DNA of 64,000 nt, from contig CM074511.1 in NCBI GenBank assembly GCA_037379345.1, positions 50,164,862-50,228,861 on the forward strand. The letters run 5' to 3'. Below, in pieces: positions 1 to 14,173 of the stretch (position 1 is the first letter of the stretch; each line of letters starts with the position of its first letter). The notes below the pieces were generated by a model that saw only the letters and a program-made list of their open reading frames with translations, made no database searches and was not told the origin of the DNA. The position numbers and the translations under genes are program-made. The DNA is from Perna viridis (Eukaryota).

Positions 1-445
1 TTTTTTCAAATACAAGAGCAAATAGTTGAGGTGCAATGCATGAACAGGCACTAGACGCTTAGATTGAATAAATATGTTACTTCTCATTATGAACATAGAA
101 AGGTGTGACCTTTACTAAAACCTGAGCTACCCAGAGAAACATGTAAACATTGTGCGATATACATGTGGGTGGAATATCAATGACTCAGTACATGTATTAT
201 GACGGATGAAACCAAAGAACAAATCGGTCATTTTGAGTAAACATTTCTATGACACATTATGGACTCGATAGCCTTTCTAAACTGTTCGGTTATTGATAGA
301 ATTTGTTGACCATTTAATACTTCCTTGTATCACCATGGAGATCTAGAATTACATAAATGAACGAGGATCCATTACACTATGTAGCACTATGGCTTCTTGA
401 TATTCAGTTTTGGTTTACTTCCATCACTCAGTGGAAATGTGTGAG

Positions 446-477
<32 letters not shown>

Positions 478-3400
478 CTTTTTTTCTATTAATTTCCTTT
501 TATACTTTGGAACGGTTAAATTTACTTTTTAAACATTTTTTTAAAGAAAAAAATAATTTAAGGCTAAAATGTCGTTCGAATGTACATTTCTTTGAAAAGG
601 AGGAATTCTAGACGAAACATTTAGTATTGTGGCGTGTATGAGTTTGATATTGGTTGGTCACCTACTTTTGATAAACTTTCGTCGTTTGATGTAATTGATA
701 AACTCTGAGATTAACTAAGTTGTATTCGTTATATATATTTTCTCTCAACGGCGTAAATCTACATTTAAGTAGCAGTCTTGTAAAAGTCAGGCAGGAGGGG
801 ATTCATGCATGTCAAAAACCTACCGAATTCATTTTTTTCTTGTTCAGAAACAATTAATGAACAAATAACCAGTTTTAGATTTTCATTTGGTCGTTGTGCT
901 TTTGAGAAAAAATATATAGATTGTACGTAAAATTAAGCTTGAATCACTTTGATATGGACAGTGTCTGAATTTTATATGGACTGGTACTTGATTACGTTTC
1001 TTCGAAGAAAGCAAGCAATTTAATTGACAAAAAAAAAACATGTTCCGAAAGTTTTACTTCAAGCTATACCTCAATCTACCTTTTAAGATATGCACATACA
1101 CGAAACAAGTGTCTTCGGTATAATTGTCCTACTTGATTATATTAAGCATTGATGTCCAGACATATGAATCAATATTTCCAGGAAGACATTCTGCTTACAC
1201 TGTCGGTAACGTATTCTGGTATAAAGTAAGGTAGATAAACGTATTCCTGGATTGCCTTTTCATTTCCGTTCAATACAACTAATTAGAGATTTCTCTATGA
1301 TTTGCCTTGTAAAGGAAGCTGCATTGATTCAGTGTTTAAACTTAGAGAATACGAGTAAAATGTTAATATAACGAATTAATCGGTCTCTATAGAAAACCAA
1401 TTATACGAGTGTATGCAAGAAAATACTGCGCGAACGTGAAACTTCTACTGTGGAAATTAAAAAAGAATAACCAGGAAACTGTACATGTGTACTCTCTGTC
1501 GTTGAGGTCATATTTATTTAAAGCAAAATTTCCCAGTAAAAAGTTTGAAACTACCATTCCTGGCATTCAAGAATTTTTTACTAATTTCAACAAGTTGTAT
1601 CATGTGTACCAATCATTTTCTGCAAGTCAAATTATAATTATATAAGGGCTTGTCTCAATTTTATGCCATAATGCAAAACATCTAACATCAGTTTATGCTT
1701 AATGAACCGCTAAGTGGTTAAGTAACAAAAGCAGAAAATGCTCCATCGTTGGATATTTCGCACAACTCGGTCAAAAAAACTGACAACAATCATTACAGTT
1801 TGATATCCAATTAACCCTTTTTCTAGTCTAAATTGGAAAATTAAGCGAAAATTAAAGCGTTAATCATTCTTGGATTATGAGGATCGCAGACAACGAGCTA
1901 TCGACATTAATGACGTCTCACTACAGAACCAAAACAAAACAAAAAAGCCAGGTATGCGAGAAAAGAACCAACTAGTTAGAAGGTTACTTACAAAGTAAGA
2001 TAACATGCTTTGTAAATAATCGCAATTTTAAGGATATTTTATGCCATGTGATGTAATGCTATGGTGTGTTGGGTGGGATTTTCTAGAATATAATGTGAAT
2101 ACAATGTTAAGCAAATTTGATTATGATTTTGGTTTTAGACGCCCTAGACTACACGGACGATGGAGTTTGCTCAATGTTAATATGAGTGTGTGTAATGTCC
2201 TTGAGTGCTCGTACGAGTCTTATACAGACGGGAGAAGAGTTCAGTACATAAATGTATAATATCCGGTTTTATGGAGTGAACCATAAGCTGAGTGAAGTTA
2301 ATCTATAAATCCTTTACTCTAATTTAAGAATACTTGTATGTTTTGTGGTACCATGACTTGTTGGATTAGATGGGAATATCTTCAACACAGTACAGATATG
2401 ATAAACAATAACCAATGCTGGAGTTTGCTCAGTGCTTGGATCATCTACTTGTTCATAATTATACGTCCCGATAATCATAACCAATTAACTGCGCTCATAA
2501 TAGGCTATTGGAAAACGTGCGAAAACGTCATCACAGGATGCTCTTTATGATACCAATGAATAATGATCTATGATCTTATAGCTGCTAGATTAAAATTGAA
2601 TCACAGAATGTATATACAGAATAATTTTTACGTTTCTGGTGTTGGTATTTTATAATTTATCAGTTAAAAAAGACTTATCGAGTATGTTAAAATGAGAAGT
2701 CGATTCAAACATATAAAGGGAGCCTTGGCATATTTTCACTCAAAAATCACGTGAAGCAAAATTCTTCTGAAAACCGGAAAAATTCTTCTGAAAATACCAT
2801 GAATAAAATGTTAAATTTTACTCGAAGTCCATTCATACGAATTTCATGTGTACTAGTTTTGTGTTTATGTCTGCATCGTGAAATTATTGTTAAAATTTTC
2901 TGAGAGAATAAATTTGGGAAACAAAGAATAAATAATTATATCCCTAACAAGCCTTTTTTACATTTTTTTATACAAACGAAAACATTTAAAAATAAGTAAT
3001 TTCGATGACTAGTTATATCGTTGTAAAGCAAACGAAAAACCCAGACCATATAGCACGTTTCCATCGTTAGCCTCATGTATTCATTTGTACAGGTTATTTT
3101 ATTGCAGTAAAACAACCCAGTTTGTATACTTAGTGCGAGTATGCACGTGTAATCATGCTAATGACGTCAAAGACTACAAGAGCTCAAATCAGCTGTGAGC
3201 ATTAATCATACACCTTGATTCGTTTTTAATTCGGACTTGTCCTATGATTGGCAGGTAGCACCAGTTTGTACGGTAGAGATGTTAGCTGAACATTGTCTAT
3301 CTTAATGTTCTAGCCTAGCATCTCCTCTCCTGGTAGTCTTGATTAAGGTTTCGTAAGGAAATGTCTTTTTCTGGGAAATAAGACTTAAATTAATAGCTTG

Positions 3401-5189
3401 CAGTCTGTTCAGTGTATCATATCTAGAGAGAATAAATTTTCTTTCGAGAATTTAATGTCCGAAACCAAATATTTTCTTTCGGAAAAAGTATAAGAGTCCT
3501 TTGAACAAAGCATTGACATGTACATCTGTGTTGGAAAATGATAGTAATTCTCATAGTGTTAAATTTGCATACCAAGTGGTAATTGGTCTCCTATAAACCG
3601 ATTTCCTGTCTGATTTGCGGTTTTCGATGTTACCTACGAGATTAAGTCCATAATAAGAAAAAGTTCTCAAGCTTATTTCTTATTTATATAATTTTCCCGG
3701 TGTTCGACTAGACTCAAGCAGTTGATTTATATTATTTCAACACAGATTGAACCTGACAATGATCACACAATGCGCGGGAACTTTGGCATGATCAAAGTAA
3801 TAATTGTATTTTATCAAATAATAAAACATGTATATACACCTTAGACATAAAATGAATTATCGCAAGGGAAAAATCGATAATGGAAAATTTCTGGGACAGG
3901 AAACCCTAACAAATGACAAAGAAACGAGTGCCCAGGAATTCAAAAACAGTAAAATTATCTGAATTACGTGGGTATCTTGGTCTACTGGAATCGATTTTGA
4001 TATTATTTGTACCGTGAGAAATTGGTTTGTTTCATTCTTGATTCTCGATTGATTCCCGAATCATTTATATCATACAAGTACATATATGTACATGCTTGGT
4101 CATACATTTAAGGTTGGACACAATTTTTGTTACTTTTTTGTTTTGTATTGTTTTTTCTTTGTTGTTTTGTTTTGTTATCCGTTTCGGGGGACTATTTTAG
4201 GCAATCATTTCTATTATATAGTTGTTTAATATATGTTCGAGGTAGAAACTGAAGTGATTTTGTTGCATTGAAGTTGGTGTGATGTAATTCAGTATTACTG
4301 CACGTGTATGGTATAGGGTTTATATAATTCAGTCTTGCTGCATATGTATGATATATGGTTTATTGCACTTCAGTCAATGTTTCTTACGAATACACAACAA
4401 TGCGATAACTTTCATGAATATCTTAACGACCAGTACAGATTTTCTTAACACATGCAAAAGTAACCCATGTCCACCTTTTAGTGGTAACAAATACCATAGG
4501 TCGAGTAACCAATGACCTTTACTGTTAAACAGCTATGATAAGTTAATCCGATCGATTCGAATCGAATTCATAATGTTTGCGTTTATTGAATCTTTGGAGT
4601 CTGTTTATTATGATAACGTATTAAATATTTGAAGAAATATTGATATTTCTTCGATTTCAGTGAACACGTCCGTGTGATTTTACTATACTTTAAAATCTCC
4701 CCGGTCTTCGGCTACAATAACCTTCCATTTCAACTCGATAACTTGATTTACTTTATATAGTACGTTTAATGGTTCTCTTGTCCACTCCTGAAAACCAGCA
4801 GCTTGTGGTAAGATTATTTACAACGAGTTAACTTTTTAAGGCTTGGTATATGATATAATAAACATTGGAGTCTTTGATTTTCGTATAAACATAAAGCAAG
4901 TTCGATCCAATGTAAACAAATTGTTACACCTGATACTGAATAAATTTGTTATAAGTATTGATATCGTACCAGGTGACATTCTGACATGAAACCAAATATC
5001 CCAGGTCTAACATGACTTTTATGTTAAGTCAAATACTGAAAAAGACCCAGATGTTGCGACGAATTGTTAGTTTTATTGTGACGTCAGTTGAGAAAATATC
5101 AATATTATTTCTATCTTCTTCTGTCGATCTCAGAGGACATCCATTTTGTTCTACGAATTGCATTTACCATTACCTGTTATGTTTTACTG

Positions 5190-7470
5190 ATATAGTAATC
5201 ATCCTGTCCGTCAGTCCACCCGTCAGTAATTGCGATCTTTAAAAAAGGAGACAATTCTCTTCCATCTAATTATAGGCCAATATCCCTGATAAGTTGTGTT
5301 GGAAACGTGATGGAACGCATTGCTTATAAACATGTGTTTAACCATTTACAAAGAAATAAGCTGATTAATGAATATCAGTCTGGTTTTCTTCCACAATGTG
5401 CAACAGTTCATCAACTAATAGAAGTTTATAATTGTATTTTAAATTCTTTAGAAAATAAGGAGGCAAGTTGTTTTGTGTTTTGCGATTTTTCAAAAGCTTT
5501 TGATAAAGTATGGCATCATGGGTTATTACACGAAATGAAGTCATATGGTATATGTGGAAATTTATTGAATTGGTTTCAAAGTTATTTAGACAATAGAAAA
5601 CAAAGGGTAGTAATCAAACAATCGTCTTCGCAACCTTACAACGTTACAGCTGGTGTGCCTCAAGGCTCAGTTTGAGGTTCCTCTGTTATTTATAATATAT
5701 ATCAATGATCTTGCTGAAAATCTTTTGTCCTTATGTAGACTATTTGCAGACGACACGTCTCTGAGCTACTCTGATCGTGACTTATCACACACAGAGACAG
5801 TGATTGGTCCAAAAAATGGCTCATGTCTTTTAATCCTGACAAAACGGAAATTATGTTGTTTTCTAATATTGAAACTCCCGAAATAAACTTTGTATTTAAT
5901 AATAAAAACATACCAGTTACAGATATGCATAAACATTTAGGTGTAACATTTAGTAACGATGCAAAATGGAATAATCATGTTGAATGTATAATCAAAAATG
6001 TATCGAAACATTTAAATGTATTACGGAAACTTAAGTATAGTTTAGGAAGAAAGAATCTTGAATCACTATATCTTACTTTTATTCGACCGTTAGTTGAATA
6101 TGCATGTGAAGTTTGGGACAATATGGGCGTGGGTTATTGCAATTAACTTGAACAATTGCAGCTAGAGGCTGCTCGAATAGTAACTGGACTTCCAATCTTT
6201 ACTAGTGCACGAATCATTTATAGTGAAATCGGATGGGAAACTCTAGCAGAAAGACGTGAAAGAAGAAAACTACAGTTGTTCTATAGTATTCAACATAATA
6301 ATGCTTCAGAATATTTATACAATTTGATCCCACCAACAATTCAGAGTACAACAGTTTACCCCTTACGTAATGGAAATGACTTGATACATCCTTTTTGTCG
6401 ACTGTCTTTGACACAAGACTCGTTGTCACCATCAAATATACGGTTATGGAATAAACTCAATTTGTCTACTCGTAACATTGAATCTATAAGTAAATTTTAA
6501 AATGAATTAAAGAGGAGTAAATCAAATCCATCAAACAGAGTTCCTAAATATTTCGAGTTTGGAAATCGTAAATTAAACATTATTTTAATACAAATACGAT
6601 GTTTGACCTCCTTTTTAAATTATGATCTCTCGAGAGTTTATTACATTATAACTGATCCATCCTGCCGATGTGGTGCTAGCATTGAAGATTCAAATAATTT
6701 TCCTTTGCATGTCCTCACTATTCTGATATTAGAAACAGACTCCTTATTAATATAAATTGGTTACCGGAAAATTGTCGAGTAAATTTAAGTACCTTAACGT
6801 GTGGTCACCCGGCTCTTACCGATGAGCGAAATACAATAATTTTTAGTCATGTATATAATTATATAAAAGGATCTAAGAGGTTCCATATTGTATAATCAGT
6901 ATCATTGATACTGTAAGTATATTTATAACAACCACATGCATCATCACATCATCACAATATTTGCTAGTTATATCATGTCAATCTTATGTTTATATATTTA
7001 TTGTATTGTTTTTGCATGCTTTCAATATGTTTTGTTACACACTGTATATGGGAGAAGACTTAATAAGTTTGTCTAACTTGTGTCTAATCCTTTTTGCATA
7101 CTTACGCAAATAAAATATGTTTAAACTAAAAACCCGTCAGTAACAAATCATGTCCTGGCTGAAACTTTTTTGTCTTATAGTGTACTTTTCATATTTGGCA
7201 TGAGGGTAGATCAGCTCAAGATGATGTGTCGGGTACCATAGTTAGTGACATTTGATCTTGAACGTTGAAATTAAGGTCAAATTAATTATTTTGCGTGACA
7301 GATTAGTGTCCGGTCTGTAACCATTGTGTCTTTTGTTTAAGGCTTTTGAAATTTGTCAGAGTATATCAGCTCATGACAATATACTATGGTTTGTGACTTT
7401 GATCTTGAACTTTGAGCTCAAGGTCAAATTAATGATTTTATGCAAGACTGATGTACAACACTTTTACCAC
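5190..7470. mobile_element. Older non-autonomous repeat (Helentron/HINE-like) interrupted by the LINE
   Basis: Starts with a ccgtc microsatellite-like tract (5205-5229) and resumes after the LINE with two copies of gtgac(a/t)ttgatcttgaac...aaggtcaaattaat (7245-7290, 7392-7436). Family assignment is by resemblance only. Confidence 0.45.
5230..7131 (+). mobile_element. 5'-truncated, decayed non-LTR retrotransposon (CR1/L2-type LINE; RT plus C-terminal domain)
   Basis: Broken ORFs with NYRPISL, QSGF, FCDFSKAFDKVWH, GVPQGSV, LFADDT, HLGVTF, YACEVWD and a CRCG tail. The 3' end reads AATAAAATATGTTTAAACTAAA. 12-bp TSD ACCCGTCAGTAA at 5218-5229 and 7132-7143. Confidence 0.93.
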
Positions 7471-8279
7471 ATCGGGCTTATGGAGGTGGATTTTATATCA
7501 ATGTTTTGCATTATTACATTGGCTTTGCTTTTAGGGATGGAGCTGTTAGTACAATGTAACCACGTTGATACTGGTGTTGATGTCTCGGCCATTTGAATAT
7601 GTTATAGGTTCTTTGACACACGCTGTTCACATGCATTACGAGTCTTAACCGCATATGTCATTCCCACAATACGTTACTTCCGACAAAACATTGAACCATT
7701 CATGTTCCAGCGCATCTTAATATATAACAGGACGTTGCTGACGCTCTGTCCTTAATACCAATTACAGTGTTGTTTATTGTCTCTTTGCTTGTTTTCTTTG
7801 CTTTCATTTTATTTTTCGAGTTTTTAATATTTATAATTTAGTTCTAACTTTGTCCTTCCCAGTACACTGAACTGCACTTTTGGGTCATCTGCAGCAGAAA
7901 GGGAACTGATAGCCATATATGATGTAGTTCTTTGTAATTAAGTAGCACTCCAGATAAAAACCATACAAATTATGTAAAATGTGATACATCCCAAAAAAAG
8001 GCTGCATATTCTTATTTTTTGTATTAAGTTGCTTTGTAGGTCTATATGATGAATTGTATAGTTATTCATTCCAACCTGTCTGCTCTTAGGAGATAATCCA
8101 CATGGAAAATCTAATGGTTTCTATCGAATTTTAGTGTCGTTTACAGAGTTACATCCCTTAGTTTTGAGTTCTACAGTACATTCTATATAATATTTAACTC
8201 AAATGAACAAGGGTTATATGAAAAGCCACATGTAACTTTCTGTTTACTATGAAATTTAAAACAAAATATAAAAAGTTTA

Positions 8280-8816
8280 GTATTGATTGATTGATTGTTG
8301 GGGTTTAATGCCCGAGCAGCAATATTTCAGCTATATTCAGGCGCTGAACATGAAATGGATGATAAAATGAACATGAAATGATGATGATGATGATGATGAT
8401 GAAATGAAAAAAGGAATGGGACACAAGGATAGTAGGGTCGACAGATATTGATTGCACTAGAAAAAGGGAGGGATGGGTAGGGTTGGGCAATTTAGCCTCC
8501 TGTGGCGGAGCGCAAAGGTTTCTACTCCTATCGAATACCACAGCAGGGATCTTTAACGTGCGAGGAACGTGGCATCTTTCCCAACAGGGTGGACCACTAT
8601 GGTTTGCGATGGTTTTCCGTATTATAGCCTGACAACCCCAACATGTTACACGCCAGGGGTACCCTATTCCACCACCTCGGGCACACAACCCAGTTGGTCT
8701 GTGGACAGAGCGCCCTAGCCCCCGGCCAGGAATCTGAGCGCTATTTAGTCGCCTTTTACGACAAGCTTAGCGTTGCTGCGGGCCTGTTCTTTTGACACCC
8801 GGACCCTCACGGGGCC
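8280..8816 (-). mobile_element. SINE-like retroposon, copy 1 (Deu/Nin-like core, (CAAT)n tail, structured non-tRNA head)
   Basis: Full-length homology to 44746-45272; GCACGTTAAAGATCCC core on the - strand; microsatellite tail; TSD AAAAGTTTA at 8271-8279 and 8817-8825. Confidence 0.85.
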
Positions 8817-11800
8817 AAAAGTTTAATAGATATGAAGGCTTTCCCACCATGAATCACCTTTTGCAAGAGTCTTAGTTGGAGTGCTACTTAAAATGCGAGT
8901 CAAAATTAGGTTTAAAGAAAATTTAATTTCTTTTGTAGATTTGATTGTTTTTCTCGGGATAAAAAAGTAAGTTTGTTGAATTACCTTTTTTTTTTTTTTT
9001 TTTTTTAGAATTATTAGCCCCAATTAAGTTATTCATTGAATATTTTCAACTCCTTATTTTGTCCATATACTCTAAATAAAAGTCGTCCTGCACGATGTTT
9101 TATCTGCTTTCTAGGTCGCTTTACTTTCAAGTATTCAGATTTTCTAATAACTAACAGACAAAAACCAATAATGCGCTGACCCACATACGAGATTCCGCCG
9201 GTCAAAATCCTTCCAATCCATTACAGATATAGGGCGCAAATATTAACACTTAAAGCCTCTAACACAAACAATTCCATTTTGCTAAATATGGAGTTTTAGT
9301 ACTTTTTTATGTGTTCGATTAATAATCGGAGACATAAAAGTAGATAAACTCTATTGTCTAATTAAGAACTGAGGGGTTGTGTTATTATAGAGTAAATGAA
9401 ACAGTTGGTTAACCAATGGTTGTATAAAGTCGTCGTGCAGAACTCGCATTGTCCGGACACATGATATTTAGGATATGGTTCATAATGGATAATGTGTTTA
9501 TACAAACCCTGATGTCTGTATCGTATAGGAAAACAATAATGTATCGACTTCAAATTAAGATAAGGCGAATGACGTCAGTTTTACTGTGACGTCGGCGTTA
9601 TCGATTCCACTAATGCATTGTTGAGAGTCAAATTACTGAAAAGAATTCGTTTTTTCTTACTGAAGTCTACGAGTTTTTTTTTCTCCTTCCTCTTTTGAAG
9701 GATAGGTCTAACGATTGGAATATCACTTGTATAAATCGGATTTAAACTTAATGAAACAGACATGTACCTATATCTTTAGTACTGATTTTTTTCTTTTGGT
9801 GTCACACTCCTAAAATACAATTACTGATTTAAACGTTTAATGAGTATGAAATTGGTTATAAATCACGATAAAATTTTTAGCGAGTATCACGGTAGAGATT
9901 AACAAACTTAATTCATCCGCATTGTACTATTAACAATCACGTGAAGTCGTTGTATGTTTTGAACAAGTAAATTAAGTAAATTTTGCATTAATATAAAATG
10001 TAATGACATTTAGAAGAAGACGAAAAAAACTTTGATATGCTTTCCTTTCGAGCTGTTGCTTATCAAATGTGAACAAGAACATAATTTATGTAACGTGACA
10101 GAAAACACATGACGTCGACTTGACTATTAGGCCACGACGCGTTTAACAGACTTCCTTGTAGTAAATATGTTTATTCTCGAAAACTGAATTGGGTATAACA
10201 GAGAAAACAGAGATGTTAACATATTTTATCTAGATAAAATACAGATCAGAAGAAAAAATAATAACAAGAGCTAGGACCATAAAGAAATTGTTAAGTTCTG
10301 TTATAGAAGTTCACTGTTAATCAGCTTATGAAATTTTATCATATTTGACCGTGTATAGAATTTAAACCTAGTAAAATGAGGATTAATAAGGGTCATGATC
10401 CTGGTGTATACAATTATTTAACTTCATATAATACATTTCTTGGTGTTTATCGCCGAGTCCAGTACGTTTCGTTGTATTTATCCCAGTTCTATTCTGTTGG
10501 GGTTTTTTTTTGCCAAATGATTCTTGTTCAAAATTAAGATTTGCTCCTTAATCAAAACGTTACGTAGTTTGAAATTATTTATATCGCAAAAATAGGGCAC
10601 ATTGATGTTAATGACTTGCAGTATCAACTTATTTCATACAAAACATAACCTGTATTGCTAAATGAGAACCAACCAATCAGATGACATATAACAAACGTAC
10701 CAGATGAGTAAGTAATACAACGTCATTGGTAATGTCAAAATGTTTATGATCAAAATTTTACGTATCTCACTAGAAGCATTTTTTGTGATAAAAACTGGTA
10801 TCGAGTTGGGATCTTATCTTAGTTTACTACAATATATATATATTGCATTCTGCTGATCAGCAAGCAAACATTGAGTTTAACAAATCAATTTATGATTGAC
10901 ATTGTGAGACCTACGAGAAGACAATAAGTCTAGCTTGGTTATAAAGTGACAATTCCATCATAAGTTGTCTCATATTTGATGGTTCAAATGTCGTTCATCA
11001 ATAGACGTCAGATGGCCTTATTGTTAATTAAATTTTCCTGCTATTATTAACTTATCCTGGTTGGGATGTATGGCTAATCAAATATACGACACCAAAACAA
11101 GTACTATTCATTTTGCTCGACATTTTACTGGTTCCAGTGCACAGTTACGATTAAGATGTTTTAAGTGTCAGACAGACAGGCATATTTTACGGTCATTTCA
11201 TTTTTAATGATATTTGTTCCATATCAAAGGCACCGGTGCTTCAAAGCTAATAGCAAAACTTAAGAATATCTATATCTTAAGAATTAAAAAGTTCTAATTC
11301 AAATCATTGGATTTTATGACTTCACAAACAGGTTATAGATTCAGCAGCGCCATTCAGCAGCGCCATTTGATATACACACGCTCTTACAACAAATCTGGCG
11401 TAACAGAATGAAAAACTAGTTTGGTTCAATGTAATCAGTGTTAATGGCTTTTTTTAATGCACTTTAACTAGTATACTGAACTAAATGATAATAGAAGATA
11501 ATAAGTGATTCTTCTATAAAACTAATGCCCACACTAATTCAGCATTCTCTTACAATGCAGAAACTATTTTTTTCTGATATGGAAAATAGATAATATCGAG
11601 TTGACATTTGGTTTAAACCTGCATAGTGGCATATGTTTCATTTACAATGTATTTAATTAACACTCTTGACACTTGCATTATCTGACTGTACTTACAAATA
11701 ATAGAAAATGCACGCATATCTAGTACAGTACCAAATATTCAATTTTATTTTAGATTGAAACAATATCTTATCATCTGAAAGTCTGATCGATAGATTGTTA

Positions 11801-13948
11801 TAGAGGAATAGTGTTAAAAATATTTTAAAACTCCATCAATTCTCATCGATTGTGTAACCTCCGGTGAATCACAAATGATGATGATCACAAACCTTACAAT
11901 CCTCGCTCCCTGGTAGAAAAAACAGCGGGTGATTTTACATTAGGCTGTATAATAGATTGTATCGTTACTAAAACAGTGTCTCCCTTATCCTGTCTCTAGA
12001 ATTCATCCATATTTAGTTGGCACGTATAAATGCAAATTACAACATAGATCCGACGAGGACAGCGTGAGAGCCATTTATTCTGGAGTTCTTCATTAAGAAG
12101 CTATGATTTCTAAATTCAATCATCATTGTAATGTAATCAAATAAGATAAGAAGAGTCTTACCCTTGAAAATGAAACAATATAATTTGCATTGGATGATAG
12201 ACATAGTTCTCCTTTTACCGTTCACTTATTTTTCCGGTGCACCCAGTCCGAGCTGGTAATTTATTCCTCTGATGTTATTTTTAAGTGTATGTCATTTTAT
12301 TTTGTGTACATTATTTCGTGTTTTTACACTATTTACCAAGCATTGTCTCTAGTCATAATTGCATGCTCTTGATTTTTTGCCGCTTTTGGGAGTACTTTTT
12401 TGCAACGAAGCTTACATTCACATTAAATTCACATTTTAGATGGTCGTATTTGTTTGACGATTCATTGTAGTGCTTTAATGTGTTGCGGCATTATATATAT
12501 ATTTTTTTTTTGCAGTAATAATCCAAATCTGTACGGTATTTCATATAATCATTTCTTCCAAAAATATTTGTTTTTCTTATTGAAATATTTACATAAACGT
12601 TCATGTATTTCATGTCATATTCCATTAGTGAAACAAAAAGGCATACTTAACTTTTTAATTGTTTCTTGAATATTACATCGTGTTATATGAACGAACGCGA
12701 TAATATAAAGGCAAGAACAGTATAGAAATGCTATTAATGCTAATTGTCCATGAAATACACCTCCTCATTACCTAAACACGTTTGAGGATTCAGCAAAACT
12801 CGCATGAAAGAGAACAAACATTGTGTTTTGTATACAACTGGGAGGATGTCTGTCTTTGAACATCATTAATAGGATGTTCTGTGAGTACGTTCGAACGAAA
12901 CAACTAGTTCCAGTTCTAGTGCATCTTGATTATGTAGGGCAGATCTCGCAACATAATGATGAGAAAAACGTCATGTATATTCGGCATTTAAAGAGTCAAA
13001 ATGCGTTCAGTGGCAGATAAGATAAAATAGATAACACGATGCGGGCGGGGCGTTAAGGTGGACATAAAACTTGAGTTTAATCATCACTGGTGTCTTTGTA
13101 GTTAATTGGATTAATAATCCCGTATTAATGTGAAAGCCGTACAAAACTGAAAGAAATTATTATCATAGAAAACAACATCTATTTTTGCTGGGGAAGAATT
13201 TGATAGAATAACAAATGAATCTCGATTTTTATTTTTTCTAATGTATTATTTTCACAAGTATTAAGGGACGTCTGCTTCCCCACTTACGGAGTTGCATCAG
13301 AGACACTTAACGATAAATGTACGCCGATTCCTAGCATACCATACTTACTACAGTGTTATAGATATACGACACTAATTATAGCCAGATATATATAGATCTA
13401 CAAATTAATAACAGGTTCCTCTTGTTAACATAGATCCCGAAAAGATAAAAGTCATGATAGTGTTCTATGTTTTAGTGTGAGCGATTGTACAGGACTGTAA
13501 TGTCGATTTCTAGTAAACTGAATGTTAAATCGGGATAACATTTTGAAAGAACAGTAGAATAGGATTCGAGTTTTCTCTTCAATTCAAGGCTATCAGAATC
13601 AGAAATAATTACATATATTGAAATTCATGTTACATGTATATATACGGAAATGCGTGATCGGTGCAAAAATATTCGGATTTTTTTTATAAGTATCCATATC
13701 TACTTTGAGTTTGAATAATTTATACACCAGTAAATGAAATCACACTATCTCATATAACGTTGGGAGTTTTAAAGTAAATACCATTAAGTCATCCCAGAGT
13801 AAAGTCATTGCAGAACTCTATAGAAATGTTCTCTTTAAAAGCTTTATAAATTATTTTGTAAAATAAACTTCAAAGAACATATGTGCTGTGCACGGATTAG
13901 TTCAAGGCTATGATTTTAAATCTGATAAGGCAGAATATTTAGAGTATT

Positions 13949-14173
13949 GAATAAAACGTAAAAACAAATTGATAAATGTGAGACCAAATTTTCGGCCTGA
14001 CGAAGGCCATAAGGTCGAAAATTTTGGCTCACATTTATCCATTTGTTTTTACGTTTTATTCATATTTTATTTGTATTTAGTTCCTTTTTTGCCTTTTAAA
14101 CGTGGCTGTCATTCACAAATTTATTATTCTTACTGACGTTTAATTTGAGTCACTTCACAACATAGATCATTTT
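13949..14173 (+). mobile_element. Penelope-like element fragment with inverted 5' segment and minimal hammerhead core
   Basis: ~51-bp inverted repeat (13948-13998/14012-14062) around CTGACGA-A-GGCC-ATAA-GGTC-GAAA; 13-bp TSD TATTTAGAGTATT at 13936-13948 and 14174-14186. Confidence 0.7.

Noticed and set aside
771-890. Similarity to 27535-27620 (aaaaacctaccgaattca...ttcagaaaca)
   Set aside because: Short, diverged fragments of a dispersed repeat in the same orientation. They cannot be classified and do not form an editing-type inverted pair.
5307-6500. RT ORFs as functional genes
   Set aside because: They are fragments of one decayed, 5'-truncated LINE with stops and frameshifts.
8706-8816. 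Assigning the SINE head to the HDV, twister, pistol or hammerhead classes
   Set aside because: It has superficial similarities (CUAA after a hairpin; a pseudoknot with an A-rich linker), but I could not fit the required helices and catalytic cores of any of these classes.
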